Assembly: GCA_002269645.1 (NCBI GenBank)
Contig: NIVC01001509.1
Span: forward strand, 1-64,000
Length of the DNA: 64,000 nt
Source of the DNA: Macrostomum lignano
Taxonomy: Eukaryota
Direction: 5' to 3'
Of this stretch, positions 1-11,705 are shown one piece after another. The notes beneath the pieces were generated by a model. The model ran no database searches and was not told the DNA's origin. It was given only the letters and a program-made list of their open reading frames with translations. Position numbers and translations under genes: made by a program. Each line of letters begins with the position of its first letter. The stretch's first letter is position 1.

Positions 1-104
1 TTTTATAATTTTATTCATGTTTTCGTGAATTAGTAAACTTGCAATAATATTTCAAGGCTCTAAAAATAACAGATACCTATTGCATTATGTACATGCTAGA
101 AGAT

Positions 105-290
105 ATAATGCCATCTTCATATCGATTTCAAGAGTGCCTTCGACTCGATTTGTCAAGGTATACTCCCTATCGTACAGCTCTGGGCATAACGTGGCTTCTG
201 CGTTCTGCCATAATGGCGATCGATGTACCACAAACGGGTCGGTATTAGTGCAGACCCCTTTTCCTACCAAACGACAACAGCTTCTGCTGC
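105..290 (+). mobile_element. Degraded non-LTR (RTE/LINE-like) reverse transcriptase fragment
   Basis: Across a frameshift the sequence reads NAIFI/DFKSAFDSI, resembling the RT motif (F/I)DFxKAFDS(I/V), followed by an AIMA-like segment. Broken by stops and frameshifts. Confidence 0.45.
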
Positions 291-1588
291 GACGATGCAT
301 GTGGTACTGTATCACGCGCGCTGCTTGATTGTCTAAGCCACCTTGTCTAAGCCAGCTGGTAGTCAAATGTTTTAGAATAATGTGTTGCGGGGTGGGCCCC
401 TCTTCTTTGACGATGTCTATAATCTCGATGTTTCTGTTGAATTAAATAAGTCGGAGGTTCGATTTGTTTCTCTCGATCTCTAACCTTCAACAAGATGTTT
501 ATTACTAATCAATGTAGCAGCAATTCCTAATAGGATATTGATCACGCAATTACGCAAATTTGTTAAGCAATTCAGTGAAATGGAGCCACAGGCTACTTAT
601 CGATATTGTTGCACGAATTTACGTTTGTCCGGATTTATCTCTGTTAGATCAGGATATTAGAGTTCAGGCCCGATTGTTGGGGCAAGCTTGTGAGCAGTTT
701 AGGAAGCAAAGAGGCGGAAACCGAGTGCGGCGAGAGGGCGAGGCGCGAGGCGCGAGGCGCAAAGGGACGAGAGCGGACAAGGGCGGACGAAGGCGGAGAT
801 TGGCTTCATTCTCACTGAACGCTAGTATATATATGATTTCTATAACGCATTTCATTGGTGTTCGCTTCACTCAATCAGATCTTTACTGCCGCACAAGCAT
901 GTGCTGTGCTTCCTGATAGGAAAACCTTCTGAAGGTTGCATTAGACTAAAAAATAACATTGGGCATAACATGCTTAAATTAAGATCACTTCAGTAGGCCA
1001 CATCATCCGCGCCCACAATGCCCACAAACGGATGCTGCTGACGTTGCAGGCACCTTACCGGCGAAGATAAGCACGCACTCGGCATTTCCTGACTGTCTGC
1101 AAACCTGCTGAGCTTTGGGGTGCGCTCTGCTTGACGGTGCTCTGGTTTTAAGACGTACTGACAGCGAATTTTGTTGTTGTTCTTGTCATTGAATGCTACG
1201 AGCTCGTAAAATGCACATTGTTGCTGTCGCGTGTTTTGCTATTGATCGAATGTACTCGTTTGTGTACTCGTAGAAAAACATCCTGGGTCGATGGCATATA
1301 CATGTACACATGATGGATCAGTATGAATACATGTACGAAGCTACATATGTTTATCGAACGTACTGCATGTACGCTCGTAAAAGACAGTAAAAAATCTCGC
1401 AGGAAAGTTAGGGATTATACTTTAATAATTATTAATTATATTTTACACATCTATTTTTTATTATAGTAGAAACTGGCAGAAAACATATGCGCACTCGTCC
1501 ATGCAATAGGAAAGCATGCATTAGTTTATTGTTGTCTTCGGCATTCTGCGTTATACAGCTGTTAAATGCCACTTAACAGTTTTGGACA

Positions 1589-3157
1589 CTACTGATTGCC
1601 CTGCGGCCTGCTCTGCTGAACCGCTTCGTCAATGCGATAGGCTTGACGACTTTTCCATAGAGCGTCTGCAGCGTGGTCCCGTTCATGTACTCCATGGTGC
1701 GCTGAGATGCACTGTTGAACCCGGTGCAGCGGGCCGCAGGTGCTGCAGTAATAACGCTTGCACTGCATCCCGCTCGACGTAGTGTAGAACAGGCTCTTTG
1801 GCGGTCCGTAGAATTCCAGCTGCGCTGTAGAGAAAGTACGTTTCTTGCGTTGGTGCTCCAGTCAGCGATTTAACCACTAGGCCGTTCCAATTGGTAGCTA
1901 TCCGGAATACTCCTGACCATTCGGAGACTACCACTGAAAGACCTTCCAGTTGGTTGCTATCCTCCTACTGACCATTCGGAGAGCTACCACTGAAAGACAG
2001 CGACAGTTGGTTGCTACTATCCTCCTCCTGACCATTCGGAGAGCTACCACTGAAAGACCTTCCAGTTGGTAGCTATCCCTCCTCCTGGTCCGAGAGCTAC
2101 CACTGAAAGATCTTCCAGTTGGTTGCTATCCCTCCTCCTGACCATTCGGAGAGCTACCACTGAAAGACCTTCCAGTTGGTAGCTATCCATTCCTCTTGAC
2201 CATTCGAGAGCTACCACTGAAAGACCTTCCAGTTGGTAGCTATCCCTCCTCCTGACCATTCGGAGAGCTACCACTGAAAGACCTTCCAGTTGGTAGCTAT
2301 CCCTCCTCCTGCGAGAGCTACCACTGAAAGATCTTCCAGTTGGTTGCTATCCCTCCTCCTGACCATTCGGAGAGCTACACTGAAAGACCTTCCAGTTGGT
2401 AGCTATCCCTCCTCCTGGTCCGAGAGCTACCACTGAAAGATCTTCCAGTTGGTTGCTATCCCTCCTCCTGACCATTCGGAGAGCTACCACTGAAAGACCT
2501 TCCAGTTGGTAGCTATCCCTCCTCCTGACCATTCGGAGAGCTACCACTGAAAGATCTTCCAGTTGGTTGCTATCCCTCCTCCTGACATTCGGAGAAGCTA
2601 CCACTGAAAGACCTTCCAGTTGGTAGCTATCCTCCTCCTGGTCGAGAGCTACCACTGAAAGACCTTCCAGTTGGTAGCTATCCATTCCTCCTGACCATTC
2701 GGAGAGCTACCACTGAAAGACTTCCAGTTGGTAGCTATCCCTCCTCCTGACCATCTCGAGAGCTACCACTGAAAGACCTTCCAGTTGGTAGCTATCCATT
2801 CCTCTTGACCATTCGGAGAGCTACCACTGAAAGACCTTCCAGTTGGTAGCTATCCCTCCTCCTGACCATTCGGAGAGCTACCACTGAAAGACTTCCAGTT
2901 GGTAGCTATCCATTCCTCTTGACCATTCGGAGAGCTACCACTGAAAGACCTTCCAGTTGGTAGCTATCCCTTCCTCTTGACCATTCCTCTTGAGAGCGAA
3001 AACTCCAGAAAACTCCAAAAACCAAAGACCGATAGATGTACTAGCTATCGTACGTCTTTTATCTTATGAGTTAAAATCTCAATCAAATCGAAAGCTACTC
3101 ACGGTCCTCAACGAATCCAGTGTACGGCTCCGTATCTCTACCAGTCTTCTTGGCCAT
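1589..3157 (-). CDS. Small two-exon gene, 96-aa Cys/His-containing protein of unknown function
   Basis: Exon 1 3157-3103 (ATG, MAKKTGRDTEPYTGFVED, donor GTGAGT). Exon 2 1824-1589 (acceptor tttctctacAG, PQLEFYGPPKSLFYTTSSGMQCKRYYCSTCGPLHRVQQCISAHHGVHERDH...QGNQ*). Phases join (55+236=291 nt). AATAAA follows the stop on the minus strand. An additional upstream exon cannot be excluded. Confidence 0.7.
1905..2990. repeat. Intronic minisatellite, ~57-bp unit
   Basis: Unit approx. gagctaccactgaaagaccttccagttggtagctatccctcctcctgaccattcgga, about 18-19 copies, inside the intron of the 96-aa gene. Confidence 0.95.
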
Positions 3158-3278
3158 TATGCACGTAAAATTAACACAAGCTATCAATAAAATTCAATTA
3201 TTAATTTGACTGTATAAATTCTCCCGCTGTAAAATATATAGGAATACGCTCAGTTTAAAACGGCGCCAACTGGCTTGA

Positions 3279-3291
3279 GTTGCTAAGCAAC
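3279..3291. promoter_or_regulatory. RFX X-box-like palindrome
   Basis: GTTGCTAAGCAAC matches the GTTGCY-N-RGCAAC RFX dyad and lies ~120 bp upstream of the ATG at 3157 (-). Confidence 0.5.
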
Positions 3292-6200
3292 TTAGCCGCC
3301 AACCATGCCCCCCGGGGTAAGAAGTTTTGGTGAGAAGCTGTCGATAAAAATACACGTGGGCGTGTACTCTGGCCAGCAGCTACAATGTACATCTGGTCAG
3401 CTATTCTCAGTGGGCCACCTGCCATTGTGCTCCTTTTCTCTCAAACTGGAACAGTTGAACCCTAAGGCATTTCTAGTCAATGTATATGCACTCCACTATA
3501 AGTAATGATGATTGTGCTACTATGAGTAGCAGTCAAGAATATGAGCCCTGGATGACACACGTAGTAGCTCGTAAATACAAGAAATTTAACCCCCTTGAGA
3601 AGTTGAGAAATGTATTTAGATAAGTTGAAAAGACTAATTATGATTCATCGGCTAAAGCTACATGTAAGTCTGTCGAGCCTAGTTCTAGAAGCTACACAAG
3701 CGGATCACACCGAAGACAGTCAAAACTTGATACTAGTGAGATCGCCGAAAGACTCATAGAGTTCGACGGCGACGCCGCGCGGTGCTCAACAATCATTAGA
3801 GATTACTCGTAATTCAGGTCTAAACTGGTTGAGCCAAGCGTCCGCCAGACTCGCCTAGCTAATCAGCTTGTTGGCTTTTTTGTCCAAAAGAAGTCAACAA
3901 CCCAACCCCTAGGATCTTGCGGGACACCTGCTTCTGCTCGGCAGTGCCTGATCCCTCCTAGAAGAAGCGGAATGCTTGGTTGGAGGACAGCGGTGAAGCC
4001 CCCATGGCTAGAGGCAGAGTCAGAGGGATAGCAGCTCAGACAAGCCACATCCGGAACGAACTGCTTTTGTAGTCCCTAACAGAGGCTACTTGGAAGTACC
4101 ACCGTAACTGTTAAACATACTGTGAGTTGCGCCACTTTGCATGCCACCAGCCCGCATATTTGTGTAGACGCAGAAATTCAAAGCTACGGATGGGACTATG
4201 GATAGACAGTGTAGAGAATTCAAGTATATATTGGTCTACCGTTTTGCTCGATTGCATTGCTCAGTGACTCTTGGTTCAACTCTGGTCTATATTACAGTGT
4301 CCTTAGTGCTAAAAAGGGCTGAGATTCTTTGAGAATAAGCTTAGGAAGGTAGGCGGCACAGCGGCAGGATGCAAGTCCAATCGCTGCTGTTATTGTTGGT
4401 GCTCTGCGTCGGAGCAGCCACTTTTGCTGCCGGTGCCAGCGTGAAAGCACCCGAATTGAGTAAGTACAACCTAAATATGATTATATTTGGTGATTAGTCC
4501 AAAAATATCCAATCTTAATAACCAAGTTACTGTATGTACATGTGACCAATAACTGAAGCCAACGGATGCAAATCGATCGAGTAAATCGGGACCGGGTTTT
4601 CTTTGCATTGCTTCGCTGCATAATCTGCATACACCATCGCAAACACAATTATACCAAATGCTCATGTGACCTATTCAGTAGTCTGTTTAAGTAGTATCAT
4701 TCTTGTTAAAAATCATTCGCTTCCATGCAAGATGGATTGAAGAACCAACTTGTCAATTAAAGAGTTTGTTCAGGGTTCAGTTCATCGGTAGTTGTCAATT
4801 CAAATGCTTTTTTTATACGAACTATAGTGTGCTCGAACCATCGGCTTGATTTGCAGAATCTTCACAGTCGCAGGCGTGCATCATCAACAAACGAAAAATC
4901 ATGGAGGCTGCCCGCAGGTACTACAAAGCGCAATACGACACGAAACTGCTCCTCTTGAAGCTGCAGCTTCGTCGCCAGCAGCTGGCGGAGAAGAGAACCC
5001 CGCACCAGCGCAGAATTCGACGCCGAATTTCGAGATTTAAGCGCCGTGTGCAAAAGGTGAGGAAGTTGTTTAAAAGGAAGCTCAGGAAAGTTACGAAGAG
5101 GTATCAGCGAAAGGTTATGCGAAAGCTGAAGGTGAAGCCTCTGTCGAATCGAAGGATTCGCTTAGTGCAGAAGGCCTTCTTCAGAAAAGGTATCATCTCA
5201 AAGAAGGCGGAGAGAATCGCTAGAAAACCAATCAGGCTAAGGCCGTTCATTCAAGGAAAGACCATCTGCAAGTCCCAAAGACTAAGACGAGACCTGAGAC
5301 GGCTGAGGTCTCCTTGAGTCGACCGAATAACCAGACGAATTTTGAGGAAATATCAAAGGAAAGTGAGAAGAGAGATGGACAGAAGATTGAGACAGCAGAA
5401 GAGAAAGACCCGGCGTTACGTAGTTACTCAGGTTGACCGTCAACTCCGTAGACTGATAATTCACAAGTGCTGCAGGGGTCGTGGAAGACGTCATGTACTA
5501 CGGCGCAAAATCAAAGCGCTTGTGAGACACTTCCAAAGTCGGGTAGGCAATGTTCGGCGCGGAAGAAGCCGTAAAATTGTCCGCAGCTTGATTCGGCGTT
5601 ATCGAAAACCTCTACGAAGAAGGCTGAGAAGGATTCTACGCCAAGTAAAGCACCGGAGTGGCAGTAGGAGAGGTAGACAGTACAACAGACAGATTAGACG
5701 AATTGTTAGGCGAATTTTGAAAAGCCGACGACCGGTTCTCAGACTTCTAAGAAGGCGTACTAGATACCAATCCAGAAGGCGCATTAGGCCCGTAACAACC
5801 AGCAAGCGTTGGCGACTGCACCGTCGAAGAGTGCTGAGACAGCGAAGGCAACTCATCAAGAAGAAAAACCGGATCTGTGGGTATACAAAATCTGGTCGAC
5901 CGTCGAAACGGGGCAAAAAATCAGGCAATTTTCTAAGTTGAGGGTGGAAAAGCAGACAAGACGCAAGCTAATAAGACGATTTGAAAAAATTAGTAGACGT
6001 CGTCGTCCAGAAGTAAAAAGGCGTCTCAGTCGAAGGCGACGAACAAAAGTAAATCGACGCCGAGCACAACGGAAGAGCGGAGAGTCAGCCGTACAAGAGT
6101 GATTAAAAAAGTTCAGCGCCTGGTTGTCAAAGCCAAGAGAGCACTACTCATCAGTTTGAAGCAGAGGCGCACTGTTCGACGCATTCGAAGGCGTAGACGT

Positions 6201-9200
6201 TCTCTGAGACGCCGTTTGAGGAGGATCATCTCGAAGAGGCGCCGGTTGAAACGACGAATTACCCTGGTCAGGGCCAGGCGCTCGAGATTGATTCAACGGA
6301 TGCAGAAGCTCAAACGCAAAAAAGCTATCATCAACAACATGAGGAAGGGATCAGTTATCGAGAACGTCACGCGTAAGACTGTTCGAATTGATAGGCGCTT
6401 GCGCCAGCTGGCAAAACGCATTACGAAGTGCACAAAAAATATCTTCCATTTGAAGCAAAGAAAAGTCAGAATAAAGCAGAGAATTATTAAAATCTCTATC
6501 CGTCGTCAAACGCTAAGGAAACGCGGTGCTCGATTTTGCGAAGAAAGGCTCGACGTCAGCTTAAAACGTTCAGAAAGCTGAACAGAAAAAAGCGGAGATT
6601 TACTAGAGGCGTGATTAAACGAAAACTTGTCAGTCGCAGAACCTTTTTCCGGGTTGAAAGACAATCCAGCCGAGTGCTGAGGCGTAAAACCAAGCTAGTT
6701 CAATCCAAGCGCAGAAGAAGAACGGCTTCAAAAGGACGGCGCCGCTCTCGCCGAGTTGTTGTCACTCGAAGGCTGACTGGTATGCACAGGAGGTGAACAG
6801 TATCTAGAGTGGTTAAGACATTCCACTGACTGGCCAAGAGAGTCACCAGCGCTGCCCGGAGAAAGCTAGTCAACCGAAGTAGAATCCTTCGAATTCAGAA
6901 ACGCCGAATTGTGTTGTTGAAGCGACGTGTCAAAAAAATTACGCATCGCGCTCGCGTTCTGAAACGGCGAGTAACGGTGATAAAAATCCGTCGCAGAAAG
7001 CTGTTGAAGCAGCTGAAACGAGTCCAGACAAAAGGAGGACCAAAAAATGCTTTCAGACAAATTGTGAGGAAAATATCCGTTTGCGGTCGGCGCATTCGAC
7101 GGCTGCGCGTGCGAAGAATTCGGCTGAGAAGACGCATCAATAGAGCCATTCGCAGGCGCAGAGTCTTGAGGGCCAGAGCGCGTACAATCCAGCGCAGAAT
7201 TGTTAGACAAGATCGAACTGTGAGCCGTTTGTATAAGAGGATTTTAGTCAGGAATATCCAATGGAAGCTTATTGGTAAAGAGACAATGCGACGCATTGAG
7301 AAAAACAATTTGAAGGTTACATCAAGGGCAGGTAGGAGAATTTACCGGCGAAAGAAGGTCATAAAGAAGCCATTTGTTCTGATCGGCAAAAGCAGAAAGC
7401 TGATACAGGTAGCCAAGCGTGCAGCAAAGGAGTTGAAGAATGTTAACAAAAGAGTAGAGCGCATAATTCGAAGAATTCTCGTCACTAAGCGACGAGTTGG
7501 TCGCCTTAAGAGACAGACGCGATATCTGAGGCGCAGTATTCAACGCATCACTCAAAGAAGAGCAACTGTTAAAAAGTACATGGCAAAAGTCAGCACTAAG
7601 CGAGCACTTCTTATTAAGCGCCTAACTCTGCTCAAATTAGGAACTATTCAGAAGAAGAAATCTGGAATGTCGGTGCGCATTCTAACCCCCAATAAAAGAA
7701 AGATAAATCTGGTGTCCCGACAAATCGCCAGGTATACAAGACGGCTTCAGAGAGTGTCTAGAAGAAACATACAGTTGAAGGCAAGGATTCGCCGCATTAC
7801 AAGCAGGCGACAGCGACTTAAGAAACGGGTGCTAATGCAACGGGTGCTAATGCTCAAGAAGAAGACTCAGAGAAGAAAAGTCCGTTTTAACACGCTGCTG
7901 AAACGATTTCAGAGGCGAATCGTAAAGTACAATGCCACTAATGCAAGGGTCTTGCGCTACGCAGTGCGACAGGCGAAGATCCGACTGACCAAGCGCGTTT
8001 TGTACCTGAGCAGAACGAAACAGCTTGGTAAGCATCTCAAACAAGGAAGGAAAGCGACGAAAAAAGCAAAAAATGGATTGCTACTAACAAAAAAATCGCC
8101 AAAAAACGTGCTGTGCGACAAATCAAGAAAATACGGCTCGTATATAAGAGAATCGCACGCGCTAAAGACAGAGTGCTGGCTAGCAGACACCGAGTTCTTG
8201 TCATTAGACGACGCAGCGTTCAACTGAAGCGAAGAATCCGCAGAATCAAGGCCAGGAGACGTCGATTGAGACGGTGCATTAGGAGAGCCGATAAAAAAAG
8301 AAGAAAGCTCATCGAGCGACTCAAACAATTGAAGAGGAAAAAGTTAATAGTGCGAAGACTCTTGTCCTCGAAAACAAAGAGTAAAATTGTGATAATATAC
8401 AGGATCAGCCGAATCAATACTGGTATCAAGCGACTGACTTACAAACTATCGACCTGTACTTCACGAATTGTGAAGTATAAAAGAAGGCGCGTCCAGCTAA
8501 AGACCCGAATTCGTAGAATCTCCAATCGGAAGCAACGTCTTCGCCGTCGAATAAGTTCAGTGCGCAGAAAGACGCGTCGGCAGGAGCGCAAGGTCCGACG
8601 GCTTGTTCTTAAGAAGCGACGCTTCACGAAACGAGTGTTGCGCAGGAAGCTGATTAGTCAATCAACGATTACTCGAACATCAACGAAAAGCCGCCGCATT
8701 GTGAAGCGCATAGTCGAGTTCAAAGACTATTTGCACTAAGGCATGGCGGTAGCAGTCTCCGCCGAAACCGAAGGCGAAGCGGTCGAGCTGCCCCTGTGTT
8801 GCGCTCAAAGCGGATTATCATTTCTGGAACTAAGGTTGTTCTTCCACGTCTTGTGTCGCTGTCAGGAGAAGACCTCGAAAGACAGTTGTAAAACGCAAAG
8901 TAGTTCTGATTAAGAAGCTTCGCAGAAGGCTTCTCAAGCAAAAAGCTAAGCTTGCTCGACAACTGAATGCTCGAGCTCTGATAAGTAAAGTTGTTCGACG
9001 GCGAGTGAAGGTTCGTGTGTCGTTCAGCAAGGTTCTAGGCCGAAGGAAGTTACTCAAGTTGACAAAAAGTGAGGTAGTTGCCAAGAAGCTACTGAAGTCC
9101 AAGCGGCCAGTTCCTGTTCGAAATCTAAAGAAACTCGAAGCCAGACTCAAGTCAAAGCTGCGTGTGCTGAGCCAAAGGGTTGCATCGGTGACTCCGGCTT

Positions 9201-9602
9201 TCAGGAAGCTGGTCAAGATGAAAAAATCTGCCTACTCTGAGGATGAAAACACTATGAAGACGGAAATTACAAGCAGCATTGTCAAGTCGAAGGAGGCCTG
9301 TACACAGCTGCTCAACCAGCAGAAGTGGCTGTACAAAACTGAGTACCAGACGCTAGTTACAGAGGATTAGAGGAGGGTAAGCGGGGCATTTCCACTACAA
9401 TTGTTTAAGATATTATACTGACTAATTATTGATAAAAAGAATGTATCGTTCAATTCATATGTACTTCAGAATTTGACACAGAAACTAACAAATGGGTTGT
9501 GAGATCAACTGAAACAGGTAAGTTTTTAGCTGAGGCGAATCAGAGCGCTGAATATTTATGTTGACTTGCTACTGCACTACTGACTTGTATCGGAATTTTC
9601 AG

Positions 9603-9893
9603 ACTGGGCCCACTTCAGCCTTGGCTGCTTTAAGGACAGTGCGTCGAAGCGCGATCTCAAGCACCTAGTTGAGACCAGCTCAGGTATGAGCCTGGCTCGT
9701 TGTCTCAAGTTGTGCAAAGACAGCGGCTATCCATTCTTCGGCGTGCAAAATGGAGTAGAATGCCGCTGCGGCAGCTCCTACGGCAACCAGGGCGTCGGCA
9801 CTTCGTCCAGCTGCAACAAGCCTTGTCGCGGTGACCCCGCGCACACCTGCGGAGGTCTCTGGCATAACAACATCTACTCGACTGGCCTGACTG
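9603..9893 (+). CDS. WSC domain exon 1 of the secreted K/R-rich gene
   Basis: LGCFKD...RDL...MSLARCLKLCKDSGYPFFGVQNGVECRCGSSY...CNKPCRGDPAHTCGG...NIY has the WSC 8-Cys pattern. 291 nt, phase 1 on both sides. Confidence 0.9.
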
Positions 9894-10433
9894 GTATTAA
9901 ATACTTTCTTCTTAGTATTAACATATCATTCGAGGGTTGGCTACATAAATTACATGGTCAGTGGGTCTTAGAGCAAAAAAATACGCGCCCCTGGGCTGTA
10001 ACGTAAAGATAGCGCGAAACCTGTCAACGAAACGTCTGACCTCGCCGGCAGGGTGCTTTCCACATCAATCAACAGTACGAATCGCTGTGGATGAAGTGGC
10101 CTGACAGCTGGAGTCGCCGACGGCGCAAAAGGTCGCTTGAAAGTGACTTGCTCGTCGCTGATCTTGAAGGGTGAAGGTTGCACGTGGCTACTCGTGACTG
10201 TGTCCATAGGGACTCATAGTAGAGACCGTGAACTTTGTTATTTCACAAATACCTGAGATGCTTCATTCTTTTGTTTGACAGAAATAGTACTAGACAACCA
10301 AAAGAGTACCTATTTACAACCTATCTGTACCTAATTTCAATGATGATGGGCACTTGCTGATCCTCAGTTCCCGTGCAATTCCCCTATGGTTCAGTGTATC
10401 TTCAGAGTCTTTACCGACAACCCAATCGAACAG

Positions 10434-10721
10434 GATACAAACTGCTCAGCATTGGTTGCTTCCATGACAAGCCGATGCGCGACTTGCCAGAATTGGCGCT
10501 CACGAGCAGCAGCCTGACACTATCCAAGTGTTCTCAAGCCTGCAGCAAGCTCGGCTTCAAGTACTTCGGCGTACAGAACGCCAGAGAGTGCTGTTGCGGC
10601 AACTCCTACGGCAAGTACGGCTCGGCAGGGTCGGACAAGTGCCGCTCGGCTTGCAGCGGCAGCAAGGAGGAGACCTGCGGTGGACTTTGGCTCAACAGTA
10701 TCTTTAAGACTGGACTGGCCA
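10434..10721 (+). CDS. WSC domain exon 2 of the secreted K/R-rich gene
   Basis: IGCFHDKPMRDL...LTLSKCSQACSKLGFKYFGVQNARECCCGNSYGKYG...CRSACSGSKEETCGG...SIF. 288 nt, donor GTGAGT. The 5' boundary is somewhat uncertain. Confidence 0.88.
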
Positions 10722-10842
10722 GTGAGTTCTGGCACTGTTCTGATATTTTGAGATCAAGCATAGCTCAACCACTTCTCAAAAAATACTGATTGCATCAGTA
10801 CTGCCGCGCTATCTACACATTTTTTTAGATTGCATTGAATCA

Positions 10843-11141
10843 GGGGGGTTGTAGACTAGTGGTTAGAGGGTCGGATTCACGACTGAAAGGTCGGGGGTTC
10901 GAATCTCGACCCACTCGGAACAATTTGTGTCCTTGGGCTAGACACTTAACTCCGTATTGCTTCAGTTCACCCAGCTGTAAAATGGGTGCCAGCATTAGCT
11001 GGGGTAATTGAGGGTGTGTGTGGCGACCTCCAGTCCTTGGACTGAACAGCCGTACGCAGCCTTCAGACGTACCGCGCAATAGCTGCGGCTGTGCTGTCGG
11101 TTGCACACCTGGCCATTAGGGCAGGTGTAATCAATTATTAT
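10843..11141 (+). mobile_element. tRNA-derived SINE with CORE-like central domain
   Basis: tRNA-like head (A box tagtggttag, B box ggttcgaatc), then tgtgtccttgggctagacacttaac...cagttcacccagctgtaaaatggg resembling the MIR/CORE consensus, and an (att)n-like tail. A second copy lies at ~15695-15912. Confidence 0.75.
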
Positions 11142-11449
11142 TTTTGAATTTCAAAACTTCTGCGGAGGGATAATAAGGACTAATAATTAATAAGGATCTT
11201 AAGGACAGTAAATTCGTATTTATTTGATTTTTTCACTGGCCCATCTAATTATTTATATTTTCTCAGGCAGGGGAAGCGTTACTCTCGAAGTGGCGCAAAA
11301 CATCAGGACGAACGGCGGTAAGAACGCGCTTCTTGTAATTTCGCGTTCGCTTTATTTCTGTTTTTTACGCTCGTACATGCTTATCTAAAAATTTTGTTAA
11401 AAATTCCGCTCAATGATCCTCTCCAAGCAGCATGCTGCAGTCTTTTCGG

Positions 11450-11705
11450 TGAGTCTCTCTCCTTCGCAGAGAATCTCTCTCCTTCTCAAAGAAACTCCCT
11501 CCTTCGCAAAGAATCTCTTTCCTTCGCAGAGAATCTCTTTCTTTCTCAGAGAATCTCTCTCCTTCTCAAAGAAACTCTCTCCTTCGCAGAGAATCTCTTT
11601 CTTTCTCAGAGAAACTCCTTCCTTCGCAGAGAATCTCTCTCCTTCTCAGAGAAACTTTCTCCTCAGAGAAACTCTTTTCCAAAGAGAGAATCGACAATTT
11701 CTCTC
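11450..11705. repeat. TC-rich minisatellite (~20-bp related subunits)
   Basis: Repeated tctctctccttcgcagagaa / ttctcaaagaaac units in an intron. Confidence 0.85.

Noticed and set aside
560-1300. 118-aa ORF and GC/purine-rich stretch
   Set aside because: Non-ATG start, no recognisable domain or splice pattern; possibly a repeat remnant.
5315-6829. Selenocysteine or alternative genetic code for the TGA codons
   Set aside because: Contexts favour Arg (CGA), no SECIS was recognised, and other genes here (POLDIP3, ARID2, H1) use TGA as a normal stop.
4862-9216. Minus-strand and alternative-frame ORFs over the K/R exon
   Set aside because: Shadow ORFs caused by the codon bias of the plus-strand gene.
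4857-9376. Protamine / sperm nuclear basic protein or viral core protein interpretation
   Set aside because: An in-phase signal-peptide exon and downstream WSC exons indicate a secreted host protein, and there are no viral genes nearby.
10282-10433. Possible extra linker exon between the WSC exons (acceptor at 10281)
   Set aside because: The entry frame hits a stop and candidate donors are weak; it cannot be resolved without cDNA.
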